Positions 40,201 to 51,448 of a stretch of DNA of 64,000 bases are shown in pieces. Position 1 is the first letter of the stretch; every line of letters begins with the position of its first letter. Made by a program: the position numbers and the translations under genes. The DNA is from Obrimoposthia wandeli (Eukaryota). The DNA lies in NCBI GenBank assembly GCA_977020255.1, contig CDROCS010002161.1:124001-188000 (forward strand). Direction: 5' to 3'. The notes beneath the pieces are model-generated. The model had not been told where the DNA came from. It worked only from the letters and a program-made list of their open reading frames with translations, and did no database searches.

Positions 40201-42558
40201 TATAAATTTGTAGAAGAGGATAAAATATCCAAGGGGTTCTATAAATATAATATGATTTTAAAAGAAGCACTGAATTTTGATTAAAATTAGAAGTTTATAT
40301 TGATATCTAACTTATAAATCTGATTATGTTCGTCTATAAGGGGAACAATATTTCAACGATGATTAGAAATGTATGTGTCATACGTAATAAGGTTAATTGC
40401 TTTGACAATTACCAATATTGGCCACTCTTTCTCTTTCACAAACATAGATAGTTTTGATTATTAGATTAATATCCTTAGCAGTCATAAATTGACTATCTGC
40501 TAAAGTAAATTGATTTCTGACATACAGTTTTTAACTTACCACATAGTATTGTTACTTTGTATAACTTGTTTGATGAGAACTGCTAAATTTCTATAATCTG
40601 TTTTTCCTCTATCAAATCCAGGAATTTAAATTGAAATAGAATCATATCAAATCGTCTTTTTAAATTTAATTTTAGAGACAACATTATTATTGCTGCTTTT
40701 TTGACCTTGATGAACAGAGATGCAAGAGGAGTTTACATTTCGTGAGAGTTGACAAAAAGGTCAAATATATTCTCAAGTTTCTTATTGTATCCAATAAAAG
40801 GGGTGAAATTGTTTAAAACAATCAAATAATTAAATTTTCATTTATTTGCTTACAAATTTGCCAAGGCTTATTTTGTGCAGATTTTTTTCGGTGTCGGAGG
40901 TGGTGTATAATCATTAGCGACAGTGTCTTCAGCTGGCACCGGGCTCTATTCATAACACTCGTATTCGTATTTTATAATTCCTTGACAATATCTATAAGAT
41001 TAAGAAAGTGATTTTTTATCACTTTCTACATAACATTTTCAATCGTATACCTCCTTGGTTCTGACATAGCACATGCATATGCAATGTCCAGAATACAATT
41101 TGAAGATGAGAAAACGAATTTCACCATATGTCATGTTGAAAGTCTGTTATTGATATTATTAAAAAGTCTTCTATACTGCCTATTTTAGTAAAAGTTTCTA
41201 AATGTAATGTGTATTATTCAACTTTACAATACCTCGTTTATACTATTATATATAGTTGAGTTATTACATTAGTTATGTTAGCCTCTGATACGTGTACTAT
41301 TAACAGAGTAGAACTCACTGAGGGTTATAGGCTAAATAATGACACTAACTATACACTAAAATGTGAAATATACAAGTATAAAAGTGGGAAATTAATAATT
41401 TGTTATTGTACTGTGCATCGACACTGTCGATTGGGTCGGACCGATGCTAAGATAGTCATCAGTGAAAATTTACTAAAAATGTAATAGATACGATGATGAG
41501 ATATTTGGTCTAAATAATTGAATGCTCACTTCAAACTAAGGTATTAGTAACGAATGAAAATTACACATAAATATTTGAATTTGGTTATCACGTCTGCTGA
41601 ATTCCAACCATATTTATTCCATGTTTTCAGGATATTTTGCGAAAGATTTTCGTAATGAAAAGTACTTCAAACTAATATGTTACAGAAATTAGCTTATGCT
41701 AAATATGAAGTTAAATATACTTGCTTACGTGATAAATTTAAGGGTGTTACAAGTTCTGTAGGTAAACTTTATTTTATTAAAAATTGTCATAAAATTACTA
41801 ACCAATATGTGACATTTCTTTCATTAAAACAACATACAAGCGAATTAAATATCCTTATCAAAAACTAAAATTCTTTAAAAAACAAAAGAATTGCATAAAT
41901 TTTGTCAAGGAACTTTTGAAAACTATTCTTTCTTAGAAGAAAAAAGGATCACAGAGTCTTAAAAATTCGTTCAAAGCATAATGTAGTTTTATTCCAGAAA
42001 GATTCAGCAGAAGAAATGTATATTCGAAATTACTCAGATAGTTAGCTTTAAACGTTGCCCCAAGAAAATTTATTATTTAAACAATGACAACGAAAAATGA
42101 TTGTTATTTTCCAATCCAATTTCATTGCCATTTTGCCATATATTTCTATTGACTAAGTCAGGAAATAGACTTTTATGACATTTGTTTATGTAGTATTCAC
42201 TAGACACGTGTGTATTTCATGTAATGGTGTACCGAAGGCATATTGGATTCGGAAGATGGCTTCAAATTCTAAACAGTTCCATGTACATCAAAAACCTTTA
42301 CTCAACAAAAATTGTTTACAATATAATTGAAAAGAATTTAGGACGTTTCGGACTTTTTTCTTCTAATTTTAAATTTATGAGATATTTTATATAATTTAGT
42401 TTAGTTGAAAATGGTGTTATAATAGGTTATTTTTTGGAATTCTAATAAAAAAGATTTGAATCAATTTATAGATTTTTTGGTCAATATTATTATTAAAGAA
42501 TAAGATTTGAGTAAATTTATAATGAATAGTTATCTTTTTTTCTACGTCAGACCTCAGC
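37233..42558 (+). repeat. Copy 2 of the duplicated segment, ending at the Polinton insertion point
   Basis: Near-identical to 27528-33508. Diverges exactly after ...gacctcagc, where AGTAGG begins. Confidence 0.9.
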
Positions 42559-42596
42559 AGTAGGTGTATGTGTCCGGTCTAATCCACACACCCCTT

Positions 42597-42678
42597 CCCC
42601 CCTGTCCTTTAAAACCGTGCATGTGTGTGGAGTGAAATTTCACTCCACACACATGCACAGTTTTAAAGGACAGGGGGG
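42597..42678. repeat. 82-bp near-perfect palindrome in the Polinton terminus
   Basis: Two 41-bp arms centred on AAA|TTT (42637/42638), with one mismatch (42616/42659). Confidence 0.95.
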
Positions 42679-42713
42679 GTCCCAAACATTTTTTTCGCGC
42701 CTATTAGCGCGAA

Positions 42714-43080
42714 AGGCTCGGGACTGGTGTATATCACAGACTTCCTTGGGTGATGGCCGAAAGTCTCGGGACTCGTGTATATCACAGACTTCCTTGGGTG
42801 ATGGGGCGAAAGTCTCGGGACTGGTGTATATCACAGACTTCCTTGGGTGATGGGGCGAAAGTCTCGGTACTCGTGTATATCACAGACTTCCTTGGGTGAT
42901 GGGCGAAAGTCTCGGGACTCGTGTATATAACAGACTTCCTTGGGTGATGGGTGAAAGTCTCGGGACTCGTGTATATCATAGACTTCCTTGGGTGATGGGT
43001 GAAAGTCGACGGATGATGGGTGAAAGTCGTTGGGTGACGGGTGAAAGTCGTGGGTGACGGGTGAAAGTCGACGGGTGATG
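42714..43080 (+). repeat. Subterminal tandem array: ~6 x 48-49 bp, then ~4 x ~19 bp
   Basis: Unit aaagtctcgggactcgtgtatatcacagacttccttgggtgatgggg(cg), followed by gggtgaaagtcg..gtga units. Confidence 0.9.
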
Positions 43081-43275
43081 GGTGTTGGTTGGGGATTGTT
43101 GGTGACTACACATGTAGACGACCCGTGTCATACCCAAGATCCTAACATACACCACCCGCCCCTTCGGGGCGGGCTTCATTCTTGATCTCCAGGCACGAAA
43201 AACATTACAAAAAATAAATTATTTGAATAAGAGGCTCTCATTGGACAATAAAAGAGGGTTAGTAAGATGTTTGTG

Positions 43276-43284
43276 TATATAAAG
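43276..43284 (+). promoter_or_regulatory. TATA box of the first Polinton gene
   Basis: TATATAAAG ~35 nt upstream of ATG 43318. Confidence 0.4.
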
Positions 43285-43317
43285 ACACCTCCGTTCATTA
43301 TTTTTCATAAATCAACA

Positions 43318-45005
43318 ATGCCATTCTACAACAACGTTGACCTAGACGAAGATACGGAGGTTCAACTCTATGGGGATCTCTCTCTAGTGCAGCAGCGAAC
43401 GCCACCACCGTCGCAATACATTGACTTACATAGTAAGACTCATCGGTGGTGAGCGAAGGAGAAGCAGCAGCAAGAGCGAACCTGTTGGAAGAAGAAGCCT
43501 CATTGGCCAGCTCAACTCCAAGAGAAGAACCAATGGACGTGAGAGGCGGGGTACATAGATCCCAATATATTGACCTGACTAGTCAGGATTCGATTGAGAA
43601 TTGGGAAGACTGTACTCCCAGGCAAAACACAAAACCCAATCGTCCGGCTACTTCAGCAGTAGCAGCAAGGAGATCCAATCTCTTCCAGAATTTTGAGGCG
43701 GCAATCAAATGCCCCTGGAAATTGATCCCGCTGTCTCAACCGGAGAAAGTCCTCGCACCAGACTCAGACGAGGAGCTATTCACCGATGACGTTCCGTCGG
43801 GTGGGGAGGAGGACTTGACGCCTGAACCATTCAAAAGGCCGAAATCTCCTGTTAGGAGAATAAAAGCGACGAATGAGGTTAGACATCATTTATTTTAAAT
43901 GTTTTTTAATTTCATTTTCAAAAACTTCAACTGGATTTGGCACCGTCAGTGACCATGGCGGAGAGGCTGATTGAACCGCAGTACTTGGCGAGTCAATGCA
44001 GCCAGGAGCTGCCAAGGAGTCAGCTCCGATACCTAGCGTCTTCAGATAATTTTAAGGTAAATTATTTAGATATTAAATTTAATAATTCACATAGATGGAG
44101 AACATTCTCGAAGAGGCGACGCCTATTCAACCGGTGGATAGGAAGCAAGTGGCAGTTAAGAAACTGCAACGCCATCGGGTCAAAACCCACACTCGGAAGA
44201 AGGTCAAGTTGGTGAAACAGGCTAACCTGCCCATCATTGAGGTAAAATATTTATATGTTTAAATTTTATTAATATTTTGTAGGAACCCGTTCAGATAATT
44301 GAGGAGAAATGGGGAGAAATTACTCCTTTCCCGCGGAAACGGACGAAGCGAGCAGATGTGAAGAAGACGAAGCGCTCGAGAAAATGTTCCACCTCAATTG
44401 GCAATTATTCTGAGACGGTGATTGGACGGCAGGAGATTCTCCCATATCCTGTGGACGACGGGCCAATTCTATACGAGAGGATCCCAGTCTCACCGATCGA
44501 GATTAGTCCGCCATCAAGTCAACGACGCCTACAGGAGACATCAAATTTGGCCAGGGCTTGGGAGACTGCATCTCCAACAACCAGTCAGAACTTGAAGAGG
44601 GCCTCGGATGAAGCTGGATTGGATGAATTCCTGGCAGAACTGGATACACCGGCAATGCTTCCAGAATCGCGAGGGCAACATGATGCCGTCTCACGCCAGC
44701 TTCAGCATGTGAAGGAGGAGAAACAGAAGAAAGCTCCGCGGAAGAGGAAGGCTACTGCTTCTATGTCGGGGCTATCACCATCGGCTGCACCTCCTCCCAA
44801 AAAGTTGCGACAACTATTACCAAAACCTGAGGGAAGGACAATTGCTACAAACCAACCGGTGAAGCCGAAAAAGAAACTGGGCCGGCCAAAGAAGAATGAA
44901 CCAGTACCGCTTTTTCCATTAATACTTAGTCGAAGGGATTTCGATCCAGATGATCCCAATGATGACCTCGTAAAGATGTTTAAGAATATAATTTATAAAA
45001 ATTAA
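43318..45005 (+). CDS. Four-exon Polinton gene for a ~518-aa low-complexity nuclear protein (SIM-like motifs, AT-hook, NLS); disrupted in this copy
   Basis: Exons 43318-43877, 43931-44056, 44095-44241 and 44283-45005 join in phase 0 across AT-rich introns (GT..AA, GT..AG, GT..AG). One frameshift at ~43430. Motifs SQYIDL(T) x2, KLGRPKK, PPKKLR. Confidence 0.65.
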
Positions 45006-45207
45006 TTTCATATGTTTTCTTCTTAATATTTTTTTTTTTTTTAATTTTAAATTTAGAAATACTATCTTTAAGTTTATTTGCAATGATAAGTTATAGATTT
45101 ATTAAACTCTCATTTGATAAATAAAAATATATCATTTAATTGGATTAAAATATATCTTAAATTTATATATATAGGTTCAAAATTATGAACCTCTTCATAA
45201 TTAAAAA

Positions 45208-45528
45208 ATGGAATTCATTAAAATGAAGAGTCTGGTAACGAAGATTGAAGCAAACATCAGAATAAATTAGAAGAAATGGTACTTAAGAAAGAGGGTCCTC
45301 AATCAGAATCTGTATGCTGCTGTCGCGACCGAGTGGAATCATCGGGTGGAGATACAAGATAGGAGGCTATCAGAACGACGTCGAATCGTGGAGTGTAATA
45401 AGAAGATCGAAATGGAAAAGAAGAAGGTGGATGAAAAAAGAAGAGAAGAGATGGAGGATAATCGTCGAGCAGCAAGAAAGAGAATCCTCCAGATAAAACC
45501 GGAAGAGGGTCCTTCTACAAAAAAATAA
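45208..45528 (+). pseudogene. Small charged coiled-coil Polinton ORF with one internal stop
   Basis: MEFIKMK...*...EIQDRRLSERRR...MEDNRRAARKRILQIKPEEGPSTKK. Homologous relic in copy A. Confidence 0.55.
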
Positions 45529-45691
45529 AATTTTGATTATTATTTTGTCTTTATTGATTATGTTACATAGGAGAATTGACAATATATACCAATCTTAACA
45601 TGAAAGATTGAATCCTGAGTACTTTGTTATTTTAATAAATTTTTGATTTTTTCGTTATAAACAACGGTATTTGCTGCAAATTTAGATAATT

Positions 45692-46180
45692 ATGCAGGAA
45701 TATATTATAGATTTTGAGGCTTTCATTAACAAAAATAGTGATTATATTATAAAAGAATTATGTATTATGGATGTATGCGACATTTTTCATCCTTTGCATT
45801 TCATATTTCAAATAGATATCCCGTTTAAAAGTTTAGATTATAAGAAAAAATTTACTAATTTATATCTAACTAATTACTTTCATTTATTAAAATGGAAAGA
45901 AGGACATAAGGCTTTTTGTGAAATATGTATTTTCGATACAATAACATCTAATTTTGATATAGAAAATGGAATTTTTTATGTTTTAGATGAAATGGATGGC
46001 AAAAAGTATAAGACTTTAAAAAAATATTTTCCTAAATTGAGATTGAATACTTTAAATATTTCACGTGATCATCTATTAAAAATTCCACGAAATATTTGCT
46101 GTCCATATCGTAATCATGGTGACCATTGCGCAGATGAAAAATGTTTAGGTCTATCTTATTATTACTTGACATGTAGATAA
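45692..46180 (+). CDS. Polinton-associated DEDD/DnaQ-like nuclease-fold protein
   Basis: N-terminal YIIDFEAF..YIIKEL (DxE motif); C-terminal CCPYRNHGDHCA, a Cys/His cluster seen in Polinton ORFs of this type. Confidence 0.55.
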   Translation: MQEYIIDFEAFINKNSDYIIKELCIMDVCDIFHPLHFIFQIDIPFKSLDYKKKFTNLYLTNYFHLLKWKEGHKAFCEICIFDTITSNFDIENGIFYVLDEMDGKKYKTLKKYFPKLRLNTLNISRDHLLKIPRNICCPYRNHGDHCADEKCLGLSYYYLTCR

Positions 46181-46349
46181 ACAATTCTTCTAATTCATAA
46201 TTTTCATTCAATTACAAATAATTCTTTTGATTGGAGAAATAAAAAATATTTTTTTCGACCATTTAACAGATAAACAATCCTTCTCAATTTTTTTAATCCA
46301 ATAGGAAAAGAGCATGTGTGCGTAAATTTTAGTTATAAGCAAACACTTT

Positions 46350-47386
46350 CTTCATTAAAATCCCCGACTATTTGAAATAATGACTATGATAAGAATCTAT
46401 ACTTATTATTTCATTATTAATATTTATTATTTCAGATTACTAGTTTATAGAAAAGAGAGAAACTGGAAGATACATTGGTTGATCTATACACATACCGACC
46501 GCGTCCCTATCTCTAGTTTCATTTTTAGATATCCATATTGTTCTCAAAAGTGGAACTCGCTGTCCTCCTACAAGCGTTGGTTCTATTAAATTAGTATAAA
46601 TATATAAATGAAAAACAGCATTTAAAAGTTTTGCCTTATTTTTAGCTTTTATGGTTTTTATTGTATGGGTTTCAAAGGTATTTCTGTTTAAACCAAGGTT
46701 TTTAGCGAGTTTATCATCAAATAAAACTCGTATTATATTGCTCTTTACTGTAAACGTTATTTTACCATTTTTTAATGTTACACATTTATCGAAATATTCA
46801 CTACATTCCTGTATTAATTTACATAAATTCACTTCACTATCTAATTTATAATCTTTTGAAAACATTTTCAGTTCCACTACATACTTTGGTCTCGTTTCAA
46901 CTAAAAACAGTTTTGTTACTCTATCAGGAACATTTTTAAACGATTTAGATGAGGTTATATCAGATCTCTTCATACCTACTACATGTCCACTGTCAAAACC
47001 GAATTGAAGAGCTTCTCTATCAGATCCAAATATAATTTGAATGGTTTTAAAAAATGTTTTAGTCTATTTTTAAATCTGACTTTGTTTTTTTCATATATTA
47101 CTTTCACTTCTTTATCTATACAATTGTAATAGAATTTTCCTTTACTATCAAACCCAATCACAACTTCAATTGATTTTTCATGATCAACTTCTTTTGTAAA
47201 CGAAATATGTGAGTTTTTTCTGATAGTAATTGGAGAATAATAAAAGGAAAATTATGTTAAAGCCGCTTCCCATTCTCCTTGGAGATTTATAGGATTTTCC
47301 CAATCGATAATAAAGCTACTAGCGTAATTATCTGGTTGAGTCTTTGGACATCCGTTACTAGGTAAAACCATATACATAGAATTCAT
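46350..47386 (-). pseudogene. Polinton minor capsid protein (penton)
   Basis: Starts MNSMYMVLPSN...NYASSF..NPINLQGEWEAAL and ends LYIYTNLIEPTLVGGQRVPLLRTI...QPMYLPV, the typical penton termini. Frameshifts and stops. Confidence 0.75.
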
Positions 47387-48412
47387 ATTATATTAGATGC
47401 TGATATCCAAGTTGGATCTGAATAACCATGCCATTTAACATAGTATTGTTTATGTTAACCGTCACCCTTAGATTTTAATATTTTTTGAATACGGAAAACG
47501 CTAGGTTTATTTGATATTACTTGTAGTTTTCGCTCGTAAAATTTACCGTGAACGATATAATTGTCAGCATCTTTAATAGTATACATTATTGGATTATTCT
47601 TTTGATCAATTTTACTTATACAAAATATTTCATCACTCCAATTCTGATCAAAGTTTTTAATAAATGGAGTAGAGCTAATTTTCGAAATTCGGACATATTC
47701 GTTTTTCTTATATTTAGCTTTTTTAATATTTTCTTTTTTATTCCTATTCATCCAAATATCCATAGAATTTTTATTAGTAACATCGACAGGTCTCATTCCC
47801 ATGAGAAATCTATGTTCAGATTGATTATAGGCATGTATTATTTTAGGTAAAACTTGGATCCATTTTTTATTTCCTTCTTTTGTGAAATACTTTTTTATTC
47901 GATCTCTTAAAGTACGATTAAATCTTTCTATTACTGCTGCTTTATACTGTGAAAACACAGAGTAGTGATTTATATTATTTTGTTTAAATAAAGATTGTAC
48001 TTGCTTATTATAAAATTCTTTTCCTAAATCAATTTGCACATTTTGTGAAATGTCCTCTTTTAATATTTCTTTAATGGCTTCAAGCATAGCTATTGAAGAC
48101 TTTGCTTTAACTGGAATTGCACGAGCAAACCTGCTAAATACATCAATACATGTTAAAATATATCAATATCCCTTATTAAAGGAAGAATATGGGATCATCT
48201 CCATCAAATCCATTTGCCATAAATTATTAGGGCCGCTGGTTTTTATAAGCTCTAGTTGGAAACCTTGTTCTCATCGGCTTGTTCAGACTGTAGGCTAACT
48301 GGTCACTCAGCCATTTCTGCGTTTTCTTGTTATTTTGTTTTGTTCTTTTTGATAATTTTGAAACTCCGGTGTAGCCAATTGGATCTTTTGGATTGAACCA
48401 TATCTTCTCCAT
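47383..48412 (-). pseudogene. Polinton retroviral-like (rve) integrase with C-terminal chromodomain
   Basis: NLWQMDL, YILTCIDVFSRFA (D1), QIDLGKEFYN (D2), KAAVIERFNRTL (E), FYERKLQ, YYVKWHGYSDPTW (chromo). Its stop overlaps the penton ATG (ATGA). Confidence 0.9.
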
Positions 48413-48498
48413 TACAACAATTTGAATAGAAAGAAAATTTAAATTTAGGTAAAGAAGGGTTAGCACCCATATCTTTAACTGATTTTATAAATAATTGT

Positions 48499-48828
48499 TT
48501 ATGAACGTGTTGCAGCTATAATACTACTGATATTTGAAGCAACAACTGGAATAACAGCCCCTATGAAACCACCATTCTGTTTAAGAATAATATTTCGTTT
48601 CCTTTTTTTACTTTTTACATTAGCAATATCTAGAAGAGTTTTTCTATATTTCTTTAATATAATTTTCCGATTTCCAACTTTTACTCGACCCAAAACTATA
48701 TTATACAAAACTTCCAATAAATCATCTACAACAAAAGATGGAAATGCTTTAAGAATAATCATTCTCTTATGAGAACAGGCTTTGACTAAAGCATTTAAAT
48801 AGGGTATGCTTCTTTGTATTTTCTTCAT
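48499..48828 (-). CDS. Small basic Polinton protein with QNGGFIG motif (putative core protein / adenain substrate)
   Basis: Lys/Arg-rich 109 aa. KQNGGF followed by a hydrophobic tail resembles the xxGG cleavage motif of adenovirus-type proteases. Confidence 0.6.
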   Translation of the reverse strand: MKKIQRSIPYLNALVKACSHKRMIILKAFPSFVVDDLLEVLYNIVLGRVKVGNRKIILKKYRKTLLDIANVKSKKRKRNIILKQNGGFIGAVIPVVASNISSIIAATRS

Positions 48829-48859
48829 TTTAATAAAAAAGGTTCAATTTGAATAATGT

Positions 48860-49000
48860 TTATATTCGAAGCCATTTAAGTTTTTTTTTATTTCTAACTA
48901 CAGATTTGATTAATTTTTTCACTTCTTTTTTCTTAATGATTCTTTTTATTGATTTCTTAGGATTTGCTTTACGTTTTACTATAAACTTCTTAAAAGGCAT
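48860..49000 (-). CDS. 46-aa Lys-rich ORF (putative DNA-condensing core protein), below ORF-track threshold
   Basis: MPFKKFIVKRKANPKKSIKRIIKKKEVKKLIKSVVRNKKKLKWLRI*, between the ATPase and the GGF ORF, same strand. Confidence 0.45.
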   Translation of the reverse strand: MPFKKFIVKRKANPKKSIKRIIKKKEVKKLIKSVVRNKKKLKWLRI

Positions 49001-49049
49001 TATAAATTTATCTTTTATGATTGTTATCTATTTGTTTATAAACAGTTAC

Positions 49050-49664
49050 TCCCTTAGAATTAAATATATGGGTTAAAACACGTAAATCATCTTGGCAAGC
49101 TTGTGTAAAGTCAATAAATATATACCCATGTGCTTGTTTAGCAGCATCGTGGAATGAATCAACTAGAAAGTTCTTATTTTAGGGAAATGCCTGTCTGGCC
49201 ACAAAATCAACAACTGTTTGATCTCTAGGATTTTTAAATAAAACTAAGTAATGCACATTAAAATTTCTAGTTCTATGGTGACCTCCTTGGTGAAAAGGAT
49301 TTTGAGTGATAAATATAACTGTTACTTCACGATGTCTTGCAATCTCGTAAATAAATTATTAAAGTCCGATTCCTTGTTAGCTTCCTGATACAAATCATCA
49401 ATTATTTTTACATCTTCTTTTTTCAATCTTTCCCACCAATTTGCATCAAATCCTTCTGTTGGGGTTTCTATATGAAACTTATAGATCCTCTTGAATGTGG
49501 AGGGCCCCAACGTGAGTTCTTATAGAAGCAGGACTTAAGGATGGTTGTGGCCTACTTAATGTTATAGTTGCCTGTCTCAATTCTTATCTGAAAGTGTTTG
49601 TTTTCCGATGTCTTTTAATCTGAAGGGTTTAGAACAACGCTTTCTAATGTAGGAAATCGTTTAT
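49050..49664 (-). pseudogene. Polinton FtsK/A32-like packaging ATPase
   Basis: Degenerate Walker A (VVLNPSD*KT), Walker B IIDDL, NLFTR-(fs)-RHREVTVIFITQN, HYLVLFKNPRD, RQAFP, HGYIFIDF. Confidence 0.85.
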
Positions 49665-49818
49665 TGTTAACACACTAAACTAGCACAAAGCAATACGTTT
49701 ACGTACGTATTTCTAAAAAGTTACAGTAAATTCCTAAGACTTCTGTAAGTCTCTACACAAGTGGGGATGAACCACGTATCGATTCTAATTTAGGTTTGGT
49801 TAATTTCGTAGAGTCTTT

Positions 49819-50430
49819 ATATGGGCAATTCAAGTTATTCAAAATTTCACGATTTACTTTAAACTCTTTCAATATAGGCAATTCAAGTTATTCAAAATTT
49901 CACGATTTACTTTAAACTCTTTCAATATAGGCAATTCAAGTTATTCAAAATTTCACGATTTACTTTAAACTCTTTCAATATAGGCAATTAAAGTTATTCA
50001 AAATTTCACGATTTACTTTAAACTCTTTCAATATAGGCAATTCAAGTTATTCAAAATTTCACGATTTACTTTAAACTCTTTCAATATAGGCAATTCAAGT
50101 TATTCAAAATTTCACGATTTACTTTAAACTCTTTCAATATAGGCAATTCAAGTTATTCAAAATTTCACGATTTACTTTAAACTCTTTCAATATAGGCAAT
50201 TCAAGTTATTCAAAATTTCACGATTTACTTTAAACTCTTTCAATATAGGCAATTCAAGTTATTCAAAATTTCACGATTTACTTTAAACTCTTTCAATATA
50301 GTCAATTCAAATTATTCAAAATTTCACGATTTACTTTAAACTCTTTCAATATAGGCAATTCAATTTCACAATTTACTTTAAATCAATATATGACAATTCA
50401 CTTTCACAATTTACTTTAAATCAATATATG
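49819..50430 (+). repeat. 53-bp tandem array (~10 near-identical copies) plus two degenerate ~38-bp units
   Basis: Unit gcaattcaagttattcaaaatttcacgatttactttaaactctttcaatatag at 49825, 49878, 49931 ... 50302. Confidence 0.95.
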
Positions 50431-51448
50431 ACAATTCACTTTCACAGTTTTACTTTGAATTGTTATACTTCTTACACGAAATGGAAAGCCGTCCGTTGTT
50501 CGATTCGCAAGAGTCCTGGTATCAGTGGTGCTGCTCGCGCTGCGTATGAGATTGAGAGCCGTTCGATCCTTCCTGGCTTGGCTCCGACTTGTCTGAGGGC
50601 GCGATTCGATTTTGTGTTGTCTTCTTCTTATCGACTTATATTCTGGCTATTCTTGTTTGTTTCTGGCCATTTATATAAGTCCAATTTTCCTCCATATCCG
50701 CCCCTCCTCGAGTGATAAGTGCTTCTAATTGATTCCTGTCTGCACTTGCTCAGCAGGCTCGGCTGCTCGCCTTCTCAGTTCCTAGAATGATCTAAAACAG
50801 AGCACTTAACAAAAGCACTTACTTGTAGACAGCCGTCCAAGTTCCCTGTGCGGCTCTGTACAGTAATGGATTATTGCTGGATTTCTTCTTAATTGAGTGA
50901 CTGACTCAACTCTCCAAAATGAGTTAATTAATTCCTTAAATTCGTTTAATTTGGACTTTCTTAACCGGCTAATTCTGTTTTTTGGGGCCCTTTTTGTTAA
51001 CGTTAACTTCTATAAATACTTACACATCACACACGACCTTCGTGGTCCCTAAATATTTTATTACAATTTTAATCTCATCAATTTCAATTTTGATATTAAA
51101 TTTATCTAATTCTAACCTTGCTTTCAAGGATTTCTATTTCACTATAAAATCAATTAATTATTTAATTTATTTCAAAACCTAAACCTAACATATCTCGGGG
51201 GTTCTAAAAAAGTTACGTCCCCGGAACGTATCGATTAAATTTACTAGCCTCTGGACTACTGATTTTAAATCATCCCCACTAATTTCAATCATTCAAAACT
51301 CATCAACATGTCTAATGTTCAACAAAATTCGGAACTACTGCCAAGATAGTGAATAAATCGGACGAAGTCACAAATATTCACTACATATATTATACACAAG
51401 TGTTTTAGAAAAGGAAAGGGGCAGGAAAGGATGAAATGTAACGTTTTA

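Larger units (their letters stand above)
42559..49664. mobile_element. Polinton/Maverick copy B (left terminus to ATPase)
   Basis: Starts AGTAGGTG with a terminus homologous to those at 23573 and 26561. Contains integrase with chromodomain, penton, ATPase and small core-like ORFs. Confidence 0.9.

Noticed and set aside
42714-43080. CRISPR-like appearance of the 48-bp and 53-bp arrays
   Set aside because: Units are contiguous with no unique spacers, there are no cas genes, and the context is eukaryotic.
42617-43179. ORFs in the Polinton terminus (42617, 42640, 42782, 42976)
   Set aside because: Products of palindrome and tandem-repeat periodicity.
50461-50470. TGTTATAC as the LTR end
   Set aside because: Possible, but it leaves the tandem array and 49665-49820 unexplained; 49665 coincides with the loss of ATPase similarity. 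Kept only as an alternative.
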